NCBI GenBank assembly: GCA_021740425.1
Contig: JAIOZV010000002.1
Location: forward strand, 1 to 40,248
Length of the DNA: 40,248 bases
DNA from: Bacteroidales bacterium
GTDB taxonomy: Bacteria; Bacteroidota; Bacteroidia; Bacteroidales; 4484-276
Reading direction: 5' to 3'
Below, piece after piece: positions 8,738 to 16,940 of this stretch. Under the pieces are notes generated by a model, which worked only from the letters and a program-made list of their open reading frames with translations, ran no database searches and was not told where the DNA came from. Made by a program: the position numbers and the translations under genes. Within the stretch, counting starts at the first letter, position 1. Every line of letters begins with the position of its first letter.

Positions 8738-10117
8738 ATGTTTTCAAAAGAAACCTACATCAAGCGCAGAAATCAGCTTAAAAAGGACATTGGCAATGGA
8801 ATTTTGTTGTTTCCGGGAAACAATGAAAGCCCGATGAACTATGCCGACAATACGTTCCATTTCAGACAGGACAGTACTTTTTTGTACTTTTTCGGCGTAA
8901 GCCATCCCAACCTTGCTGCAATTATCGATTGTGAAAGCGGTGAAGAAATAGTTTTTGGTGATGATTATACCATTGATGATGTGGTTTGGATGGGAAAGCA
9001 GCCCTCAATTGCTGATCGTTTTCTGGCTTCTGGAATTCAGAAAACCAGACCAATTGCTCAACTTGGAACCGAGTTAAAAGACGCCTTAACTCTTGGCAGG
9101 AAAATTCATTTTCTTCCTCCCTACAGGCCTGAGAATAAGATAAAGATTTTTGAATTGTTGGAAATTCCTCCTTCAAAGCAAAAAGAGGCTTCCTCACTTG
9201 AATTTGTGAAAGCGGTGATTGCACAGCGGAATTACAAAAGTCCTGAAGAAATTGCTGAAATTGAAAAAGCGGTAAATGTTAGCGGCGAAATGCACATTTC
9301 AGCAATGAAAATGCTCCGTCCCGGGATGCGCGAATCGGAAATTGCTGCCGAAATGATACGCATTGCTGAGGCTGCCGGCGGACATATTTCGTTCCCGGTA
9401 ATTGCCACCATCAACGGGCAAACCCTGCACAATCATTATCATGGTAACATTACCAAACCAGGCCAATTATTCTTGCTTGATTGCGGAGCCGAAACCGAAA
9501 TGGGCTATGCCGGCGATATGTCGAGCACCTTTCCGGTGGATCAAAAATTCACAAAAAGGCAAAAGGAAATCTACCAGGTTGCCCTGAATTCGCACGAAGC
9601 AGCAATAAAAATGTTGAAACCCGGCATTCCCTTCAAGGAAATTTATTACCAATCGGCACGCGAAATTTTACGCGGAATGGAAAGTTTAGGATTTTTTAAA
9701 GGCGATATAGATGAGGCCGTTGCCGAAGGTGTACATGCTATGTTTTTCCCCTGTGGCCTTGGCCACATGATGGGACTTGATGTTCACGACATGGAAGATT
9801 TGGGCGAGCAATATGTGGGCTACGACAATGAAGCCAAAAGCACGCAATTTGGAGCAAAATCACTAAGGTTAGGTCGAAAACTGGAACCGGGTTTTGTACT
9901 CACCATCGAGCCTGGAATTTATTTTATTCCAGATTTGATCGACAAATGGCGGGCTGAAAAAAAATTCACGGATTTCCTGAATTATGAAAAACTGGAAGCC
10001 TACAAGGATTTTGGCGGCTGCAGAAACGAAGAAGATTTCCTGATAACCGAAACCGGATATCGCCTTTTGGGAAAACCTATTCCTAAAACAATTGAAGAGG
10101 TGGAAGCATTGAGATAA
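8738..10117 (+). CDS. Xaa-Pro aminopeptidase / aminopeptidase P family (peptidase M24B) with AMP_N domain
   Basis: An N-terminal AMP_N-like region (FRQDSTFLYFFG) is followed by a pita-bread fold with metal-ligand contexts LLDCGAE, YAGDMSSTFPV, GLGHMMGLDVHD, VLTIEPGIYF and CRNEEDFLIT. Confidence 0.85.
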   Translation: MFSKETYIKRRNQLKKDIGNGILLFPGNNESPMNYADNTFHFRQDSTFLYFFGVSHPNLAAIIDCESGEEIVFGDDYTIDDVVWMGKQPSIADRFLASGIQKTRPIAQLGTELKDALTLGRKIHFLPPYRPENKIKIFELLEIPPSKQKEASSLEFVKAVIAQRNYKSPEEIAEIEKAVNVSGEMHISAMKMLRPGMRESEIAAEMIRIAEAAGGHISFPVIATINGQTLHNHYHGNITKPGQLFLLDCGAETEMGYAGDMSSTFPVDQKFTKRQKEIYQVALNSHEAAIKMLKPGIPFKEIYYQSAREILRGMESLGFFKGDIDEAVAEGVHAMFFPCGLGHMMGLDVHDMEDLGEQYVGYDNEAKSTQFGAKSLRLGRKLEPGFVLTIEPGIYFIPDLIDKWRAEKKFTDFLNYEKLEAYKDFGGCRNEEDFLITETGYRLLGKPIPKTIEEVEALR

Positions 10118-10133
10118 AATTACAAAATTCAAC

Positions 10134-10160
10134 GCTGACAGGGTTTGGAATCCTGTCAGC
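10134..10160. terminator. Perfect 9-bp stem hairpin between convergent genes (possible bidirectional terminator)
   Basis: GCTGACAGG (10134-10142), a 9-nt loop, then CCTGTCAGC (10152-10160). Only the minus-strand reading is followed by a T-rich tract. Confidence 0.5.
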
Positions 10161-10193
10161 ATTCACACCCAATAAACAACGGCAAGTAAAAAA

Positions 10194-13100
10194 TTACCCA
10201 AACAAATCCTTGATGTTTTCGGGTGTAAGCTGTTTTACAAAGCTTTCGTCGGTGCGGATGATATCAGCAGCCAGAGCCTTTTTCTGTGCCTGATACTGCA
10301 TAATTTTTTCTTCTATGGTGTCTTTACAAATCATGCGATAAGCAAAAACTTTTTTATCCTGCCCAATCCTGTAAGTACGGTCGATGGCCTGGTTTTCGAC
10401 AGCAGGATTCCACCACGGATCAAAAATATAAACATAATCGGCAGCAGTAAGGTTGATGCCAGTGCCACCGGCTTTGAGGCTAATTAGAAAAATACGGCAA
10501 TTTTCATCATTTTGGAAACGCTCAACACTCTCTTTCCTTTTCTTTTGAGATGAGCTCCCATCAAAATATTCATAATCGTGCCCCTCATTTTGCAGCTCCT
10601 TTTCGATCAGTTTCAACATTTTTACAAATTGCGAAAAGATCACAATTTTGTGCTTGCCGGTCTTTTCGTTGATCTGCCTCATTATTTCTTCCTGTTTCAC
10701 TGATTCATCCGGGAGATTTTCATCTGTGTCGATCAACTTTGGGTTGTTACAAATCTGACGCAATTTAAGCAGCCCCTCCAGAATCGACATTTTACTTTTG
10801 CCCAAGCCTTCATTATCAATTTTATTGAGGATGAAATCGCGATAGCGGTTTTTGTAATCATCGTATAAAATCCTCTGTTGATGATCCATCTGGCAATAGA
10901 TCACATCTTCGGTTTTTGGCGGCAACTCGGTGGCCACCTGCTCTTTGGTTCGGCGCAATATAAAGGGAGAAATTAATTTTCGCAACTCATTGGCCCTACC
11001 CTGGTCTTTTTCCTTGTCGATGGGTGAAGAATAATAATCCTTAAATGATTTCTGATTTCCCAAAAGTCCCGGGTTTGCAAAAGTCATTTGTGCAAACAAA
11101 TCAAAGGTATTGTTTTCGATGGGGGTGCCGGTAAGGGTGAGTTTGCTTTTGCCCTGCAACAGACAGGCCGCTTTGAATCGTTTTGAAAACGGATTTTTGA
11201 TAGACTGGGATTCATCCAAAATGATATAATTGAATTTTAGCTTGCTCAGTACCTCAATATCGTTGACCATTAGGCCGTAGGTGGTAATGACAAGATTGAA
11301 TTTTTTGAATACATTTTCATCCTTTTCGCGGTTTAAGCCATAATAAAACATGACATTCAGGGTGGGGTAGAATTTTTTAATTTCATTTTCCCAGTTAAAA
11401 ATAAGTGTGGTTGGAACAACCACAAGTGATGTTTTTGGGTTTTTATTTTTCAAACTTGCCAAAAATGCCAATATCTGCAAAGTCTTGCCAAGCCCCATAT
11501 CGTCAGCTAAAATGCCACCCCAGCTCATTTCGCTTAAAAAATTTAACCAGTTGAGTCCTTCTTTTTGATAATCGCGTAAAGTGGCTTTTATTGCCGAAGG
11601 TTTTCTTACTTTAGATATCTCAGTAAAGCCTTCGAGCCGTCGTTTTTTTTCGGCCAGTTCCTGAAGAATGTCTGTATCATCAATATTGTCAAAGAGCTCA
11701 TCCACCAGACTGAAGCGGAGTTTCGATACCTGAAGTTTATCTTTTTTTATCTCCCCAATCCTGAAATATTTTTCCAGTTTATCGATCCATTCCCCGGGCA
11801 TCATGCCCACTGTGCCATCCCCAAGCTTTATAAATTTTTCCTTATTCAGGATGTGTTTACGAAGTTGAAGCAGCGGAATTTTATGATCGCCAAATGAAAC
11901 TTCAAGATTTACATCAAACCAATCCTGCCCCGAACTGATTCCTGTATTGATGGTGGCCCGATAGGGAGAATATTTAAAACTCTTTAATTTTTGAAGGCCA
12001 TGTACTTCTATGTTTTTCTCCTTCATGGCATCAAATGCATCAAAGAACCAGTTGTTTTTCAACATTTCAGCCACCGGAAGCCCCATAGCGCTCTCTTGTT
12101 CCTGATAATAAAAATCGGGATGAAGGCTTCTTAGAAAAACGAGAAATTCCTCCTCAAAATCCTCGTTGCGCTTATAAATGATGATTTTGCCATCGACCTG
12201 TTCAATAAAATTTCCGGCTGTCATGGCATCGGCTTCCTTTTTATGATTGTAAACTACAAGCGGCGTAAATAAAATGAGGTTTTTATGCTCGGAAAGGAAA
12301 ACTTGCTTTTTGAGTGGTTTTAGGAAAATCTCATCTGTTTCAAAATTATCCAGTCCATCGATATCCAGTTTAAACCTTTCAGAAAACGGGATTACAATGT
12401 TTGTGATAAATTCGCCGGCTTTGGCGTTTATGGTTTTCATCACCCCAACCGATATAACAAAGGTTATGGCATCAAGTACCGAAACACTTCTTAAAAGATG
12501 CAGTACGCCCTGAAATTCCCATATCAATGCCGAGTGTTGTACTATACTTTTATCGTCAAGGTCTATCAGGGTTTCTCCAATTTTGTACTGTGGCACCAGC
12601 GCAATGAACATACCTTCTGAAACCAGTTTTGCCACAAGATCAACTGGCTCGGGAGCAATGCTTACCGCGTGAAGATTTGATTTTCTTATTGCGTTATATT
12701 CATCCTTTAAGCGATAAATGAGGGGATTACCGAGAAGCAGCAGAAATAAATTTTTGAGGTATCCCAAATTCTTATTTAAATAATAATAGTTGTCATCATA
12801 TTCTTTTTCGCCTCCAATCATTTTTAAAACACCGGCGATTTGCTCCGACAAAATGATTGCTTCTCTTTCATTTTGATTTACATTAATATCGAACAAATCC
12901 GAAACAGTAATTTCTTCGATATTGGAAATGATTTTATTTCCCGCCGCATTTAGTTTCCCAAAAATTGGAGTTACCGAATCGCCAACCCCAAATTCGCCAG
13001 GGATGAATGCAAACACAAAGCCTACACCCGTTTTTTCGTACTCTTCCGTATCAAATATGTTTCTTACTTTATTTTTATTGAGCTTAACATATTTTTCAAA

Positions 13101-13940
13101 TGCATTATAAAAATTCCCTGATTTAAAGCCAGTATTTTGATTTACCAGCCCTTTCAATTCGCCTTTAAACAACACAAGCGGCATGAAATTCTTGTCCAGA
13201 TTAATCTGCAAAAACCGGCTGTTTGCATAAGTGTCGGGGAGCTCATTGTCTTTGCATACTTGATTCATCAGCTCTTCCAGCTTGGCATTTTCAAAATAGG
13301 GCAAAACACGCTTCCCTGCATTAATCAAAGTTTCAATAACAATAGCCTCATGTTCGCAGGTCACCAATACTTCTTCCCCACAGCTACAATATGAATAGTA
13401 TTGATCATTGGATTTGTAAATTCTGGTAATGTATTCGTAATTCTGCTTATAGAAATCCGAAATAATAAACGATAAGCCTTCATCGGTGATCTGAATTCTG
13501 TCAATTGTTCTTCTCGAATAATAGTAATATCCCTGTTTGTAATATTTGGAGAGATTCGATAATGAAAGCCGATCGAAATGTTCAATCCATAGCGGTGTGG
13601 TGGTTTTTCGTTTGCTTGGTTTTGGTTGCACTACCGGAGAAATAACCTTGGTTTTGTCGATTGCAGCAATAAGCTTGTAAAGTGCAGCCACACTATGTTT
13701 GCAAATCCCGTTAAAATTGTACGGACAATCGCACACAGCCTCAATGTTCATGTTTTTATAATCGGAAATGATAACCGTGTAGATATCCTTTTCGCCTTCC
13801 ACAACAACTTCAACAGTTTTACCATCGTCGTGATGTATCAATTCCAAAATGGCACCATTCTTATAAAGCCACCATCCTCTTTCGATTATGGTCTTGTTTG
13901 CATATCTTTTAATGTAATAGTCGATTAATGCTACACTCAT
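10194..13940 (-). CDS. SNF2-family DNA-dependent ATPase/helicase with two N-terminal SWIM zinc fingers and an SNF2-associated middle region
   Basis: SWIM motifs CDCPYNFNGICKH and CSCGEEVLVTCEH. SNF2_N motifs LADDMGLGKTLQ, IILDESQSIKN, LTGTPIENN. Helicase_C motifs KIVIFSQF and LISLKAGGTGINLTAADYVYIFDPWWNPAVENQAIDRTYRIGQ. Confidence 0.9.
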   Translation of the reverse strand: MSVALIDYYIKRYANKTIIERGWWLYKNGAILELIHHDDGKTVEVVVEGEKDIYTVIISDYKNMNIEAVCDCPYNFNGICKHSVAALYKLIAAIDKTKVISPVVQPKPSKRKTTTPLWIEHFDRLSLSNLSKYYKQGYYYYSRRTIDRIQITDEGLSFIISDFYKQNYEYITRIYKSNDQYYSYCSCGEEVLVTCEHEAIVIETLINAGKRVLPYFENAKLEELMNQVCKDNELPDTYANSRFLQINLDKNFMPLVLFKGELKGLVNQNTGFKSGNFYNAFEKYVKLNKNKVRNIFDTEEYEKTGVGFVFAFIPGEFGVGDSVTPIFGKLNAAGNKIISNIEEITVSDLFDINVNQNEREAIILSEQIAGVLKMIGGEKEYDDNYYYLNKNLGYLKNLFLLLLGNPLIYRLKDEYNAIRKSNLHAVSIAPEPVDLVAKLVSEGMFIALVPQYKIGETLIDLDDKSIVQHSALIWEFQGVLHLLRSVSVLDAITFVISVGVMKTINAKAGEFITNIVIPFSERFKLDIDGLDNFETDEIFLKPLKKQVFLSEHKNLILFTPLVVYNHKKEADAMTAGNFIEQVDGKIIIYKRNEDFEEEFLVFLRSLHPDFYYQEQESAMGLPVAEMLKNNWFFDAFDAMKEKNIEVHGLQKLKSFKYSPYRATINTGISSGQDWFDVNLEVSFGDHKIPLLQLRKHILNKEKFIKLGDGTVGMMPGEWIDKLEKYFRIGEIKKDKLQVSKLRFSLVDELFDNIDDTDILQELAEKKRRLEGFTEISKVRKPSAIKATLRDYQKEGLNWLNFLSEMSWGGILADDMGLGKTLQILAFLASLKNKNPKTSLVVVPTTLIFNWENEIKKFYPTLNVMFYYGLNREKDENVFKKFNLVITTYGLMVNDIEVLSKLKFNYIILDESQSIKNPFSKRFKAACLLQGKSKLTLTGTPIENNTFDLFAQMTFANPGLLGNQKSFKDYYSSPIDKEKDQGRANELRKLISPFILRRTKEQVATELPPKTEDVIYCQMDHQQRILYDDYKNRYRDFILNKIDNEGLGKSKMSILEGLLKLRQICNNPKLIDTDENLPDESVKQEEIMRQINEKTGKHKIVIFSQFVKMLKLIEKELQNEGHDYEYFDGSSSQKKRKESVERFQNDENCRIFLISLKAGGTGINLTAADYVYIFDPWWNPAVENQAIDRTYRIGQDKKVFAYRMICKDTIEEKIMQYQAQKKALAADIIRTDESFVKQLTPENIKDLFG

Positions 13941-14127
13941 ATTTTAGTAACTTAAACCAATTCAAGAATCAAAAAAACAATTAGCTCGTAAAATTACATC
14001 AATCAACTTTTAATCATTGTGGATCGTAGAAAGACTTTTCAACAATTTCACAATGCAAATTTTACAATTCACCCTCCATATCTTTCATTTCACAGGTTTT
14101 TGATTGTTTTCAGACTAGCACTGCCCG

Positions 14128-14135
14128 TACATTTG
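14128..14135 (+). promoter_or_regulatory. Candidate -7 promoter box TACATTTG
   Basis: Perfect TAnnTTTG match 54 nt upstream of the ATG at 14189. TTG-containing sequence lies 21-25 nt upstream. Confidence 0.35.
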
Positions 14136-14188
14136 CTCCATCAAACATTTAAACAGAATTGATTGAACTAACTTAAAATTGAACAGAC

Positions 14189-14797
14189 ATGAAAAAACTA
14201 ACATTAAAATTTAGTGCCCTACTATTTTTATTTGCGCATACATTTTCGGCCTTCGGATCAGATTTTGGAAATTTGAGAGCAAGCTTGAACCTTAAAAACA
14301 ACAAGGCAGTAGAGATTCACCTTGAAGGGCAATCCAGTGGAGAAGTACAGGTAAAAGTGTTTAATAATACCGGCAGAATGGTGTCATACAAAAGCCTTGT
14401 AAATTCAGGAACCAAAATTGTAAGTCACAAAATTTCTGATTTCCCCGATGGAATTTATACCTATCAGGTGATTGAAGGTGATGAGTTGATCTACACAGCC
14501 AAAGTTGTGAAATCGGCAGAAGGCGCGCTGGAATGCAGAAACCTTCCCGGCGGGGCAACAGCTTCGATATCAAAGGAAGATAGCGCCATGGTTTTGGTTC
14601 GCATGGTTAAATCGCCCGAATCAAAATTAAAAATCCTGGTTAGCGATGATGACGCGAATATTCTTTACAGAAAAATGGTGAAAGACGCTTCATACGCAAA
14701 GCTCACCTACGATATTTCAGCTTTCCCTGAGGGAAATTATTACTTCAGTGTTTACAAAAACAACGAACTTATTGCTTACAGAAAAATTATTAAATAA
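14189..14797 (+). CDS. Small secreted protein made of two tandem T9SS-CTD-like / DUF3244-like beta-sandwich repeats
   Basis: Signal peptide MKKLTLKFSALLFLFAHTFSAFG. Internal duplication: ...VQVKVFNNTGRMVSYKSL...ISDFPDGIYTYQVIEGDELIYTAKVVK versus ...LKILVSDDDANILYRKMV...ISAFPEGNYYFSVYKNNELIAYRKIIK. The C-terminal copy has the shape of a type-A sorting domain. Confidence 0.6.
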   Translation: MKKLTLKFSALLFLFAHTFSAFGSDFGNLRASLNLKNNKAVEIHLEGQSSGEVQVKVFNNTGRMVSYKSLVNSGTKIVSHKISDFPDGIYTYQVIEGDELIYTAKVVKSAEGALECRNLPGGATASISKEDSAMVLVRMVKSPESKLKILVSDDDANILYRKMVKDASYAKLTYDISAFPEGNYYFSVYKNNELIAYRKIIK

Positions 14798-14814
14798 TTG
14801 TTTTACCTAATAAT

Positions 14815-14849
14815 ATGGCTTTCGATGTAAATCGAAGGCCATTTTTTTA
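14815..14849 (+). terminator. Rho-independent terminator
   Basis: ATGGCTTTCGAT, loop GTAA, then ATCGAAGGCCAT (12-bp stem with one G-T pair), followed by T7. Confidence 0.75.
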
Positions 14850-14899
14850 CAATTTTGTTCTTTCAAATAATTTCATTTCAAAACCTGAAAGCGTAAAGG

Positions 14900-15964
14900 A
14901 TGTTTGAATATCTGTACAAGAAAAGGTTAGCCTGGATTTTAATCGTCATTTTGCTGGGATGTTTTTTTCAGTTTTCGATAGATGTAATTTTCAGTCTGAT
15001 TTACAGGAATCACCCGCTTTTGGGCAGCATCCGGGGTTATTTGTTTTCTATTGCCATTTCATTTATGGTCATGTATGGCCTTAGTAAATTGGGCAAATGG
15101 ATGAATAAAACCCTATCATGGGAAAAATCGCCGGGAGGTAGATTTTATCTTCAGGTTTTTGCTATTACGTTCTTTGTCATATTGATGGTCATGAGTATCC
15201 GCACCCTGTTCAACCTGCTTTTTTTCCCTATGGGATTTATACGGCTTTTGGACGAAATGGTGATTGGGGTATTTTTTCTATTTGCCTCCTTGTTGTTGGT
15301 TTTCATCGATATGGGTATTCATTTATTGGATAAATGGAGATTTTCGCAGGCAGAAATTGAACGCTTTAAAAAAGCAAATCTGGAAACTCAATTCGAAATG
15401 CTGCGAACTCAGGTAAATCCTCATTTTCTTTTCAACAGCCTGAATACTTTGTCATCGTTGATTTACGAAAACCAGGACACGGCATCCAATTATGTGCGTG
15501 AAATGTCATCGGTTTACCGTTACATCCTCGAAAATCGAAAAGCTGATATTGTAAGCCTGCTTGAGGAACTTAGCTTTACCAAATCCTATGTTTACATGCT
15601 CAGCCTCCGCTTCGAGAACAAAATTAAGTTTGAGTTAAATATCGATCCAAGGTTTAACAATAAGATGGTAGCTCCTTTAACTTTGCAAATTTTAATTGAG
15701 AATGCAGTGAAGCATAATGTAGTTTCGCAACGGAAGCCGTTGGCAATTGAAATTTTTACCCGAAATGATAATACTTTACTGGTAAAAAACAATTTGCAGC
15801 CAAAGGCCAACAATTCTTACTCAACAGGTATTGGGCTTGATAATATCAAAAACCGTTTGGAAATGTTAACCGATCGAAAGATGGTGGTTGAAAAAACAGA
15901 AAACGAATTTATTGTCACCATTCCATTGCTGGATGCGAAAGAGAATAAGTTGATCGACTGGTAG
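14900..15964 (+). CDS. LytS/YehU-type sensor histidine kinase (membrane-anchored, His_kinase + HATPase_c)
   Basis: Four or five N-terminal TM helices, H-box region QVNPHFLFNSLNTLSSLI, N-box ENAVKHN, G-box GIGLDNIKNRL. An imperfect -7 box CAATTTTG sits at 14850-14857. Confidence 0.85.
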   Translation: MFEYLYKKRLAWILIVILLGCFFQFSIDVIFSLIYRNHPLLGSIRGYLFSIAISFMVMYGLSKLGKWMNKTLSWEKSPGGRFYLQVFAITFFVILMVMSIRTLFNLLFFPMGFIRLLDEMVIGVFFLFASLLLVFIDMGIHLLDKWRFSQAEIERFKKANLETQFEMLRTQVNPHFLFNSLNTLSSLIYENQDTASNYVREMSSVYRYILENRKADIVSLLEELSFTKSYVYMLSLRFENKIKFELNIDPRFNNKMVAPLTLQILIENAVKHNVVSQRKPLAIEIFTRNDNTLLVKNNLQPKANNSYSTGIGLDNIKNRLEMLTDRKMVVEKTENEFIVTIPLLDAKENKLIDW

Positions 15965-16030
15965 CAGGCTGATTGCTGCTTACTTGTTGCTGGCTTGTGA
16001 AGCAAACTGCAAAACGTAAAACATCGAGAA

Positions 16031-16807
16031 ATGAAAATACTTATAATAGAGGATGAACCATTTGCACAAAAGGAATTAAAACGACTTCTGGATATTGCCG
16101 AAGGAAAGTTTGAAATTCTGGATATGATTGATACCGTGGAAGATTCGGTTGAATGGCTGAAAGAAAATCCGCCGCCCGATCTCATTTTCCTGGACATACA
16201 GCTTGCTGACGGTATCAGCTTTGATATTTTCAGGAAAGTGGATGTAAAATCGCCTGTGATTTTCACCACTGCCTACGATGAATATGCCATCAGAGCATTT
16301 CAGCTCAACAGCATCGACTACCTGCTAAAGCCCGTTAAACTCACCGAACTGATGCGCGCCATCAACAAGTATGAAAGCTTGCGCGATCAGTATGGAAAAG
16401 AAAAAGATGAAAGTGTAAACATTACCAAAACACAACTGGAGAGCCTGATAAATTTAGGAAAAAAGGAATACAAATCAAGGTTTGTAGCAAAGATTGGCGA
16501 CCAGATAAAATACATTCCGGTGGAAGATGCAGCCTATTTCTACGCTGAAGATAATGTGGTTTTCTTGATCAACAAAAACGCAAACCGCTACATCATCGAA
16601 TATTCAATCGAAGAAATCGACTCGCTGGTTGATCCAAAAAGTTTTTACAGATTAAACAGGTCGGTGGTAGCACACATCAGCGCAATCGACAAAGTTTACA
16701 AATATTTGAACAGCCGTCTTAAAGTGGAATTACTGCCCGAATCGGAAAAAGAAGTTTTAATAAGCAGAGCCAAGGTTGCTGATTTTATGAAATGGATGGA
16801 CAGGTAG
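16031..16807 (+). CDS. LytTR-family response regulator (REC + LytTR DNA-binding domain)
   Basis: REC domain MKILIIEDEPFA...DLIFLDIQLADG...IFTTAYDEYA. LytTR domain IKYIPVEDAAYFYAEDNVVFLI...FYRLNRSVVAHISAI. It lies 66 nt after the kinase gene. Confidence 0.9.
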   Translation: MKILIIEDEPFAQKELKRLLDIAEGKFEILDMIDTVEDSVEWLKENPPPDLIFLDIQLADGISFDIFRKVDVKSPVIFTTAYDEYAIRAFQLNSIDYLLKPVKLTELMRAINKYESLRDQYGKEKDESVNITKTQLESLINLGKKEYKSRFVAKIGDQIKYIPVEDAAYFYAEDNVVFLINKNANRYIIEYSIEEIDSLVDPKSFYRLNRSVVAHISAIDKVYKYLNSRLKVELLPESEKEVLISRAKVADFMKWMDR

Positions 16808-16880
16808 GTTCATCGAGTGAATCTGAATTGGTTAATGGCTATTTGATTTTTTCTAATCGGTATCAATAATGATTTAATTG

Positions 16881-16940
16881 ACAACAAATGACCACAAATG
16901 ACCACAAATGACCAACAATGAGCACATATAACCATCAATG
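16881..16940 (+). repeat. Six head-to-tail 10-bp units (consensus ACCACAAATG), the last containing the start codon of the downstream gene
   Basis: Units: ACAACAAATG / ACCACAAATG / ACCACAAATG / ACCAACAATG / AGCACATATA / ACCATCAATG. The period is exactly 10 bp, with two perfect copies and degenerate flanks. Confidence 0.85.
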
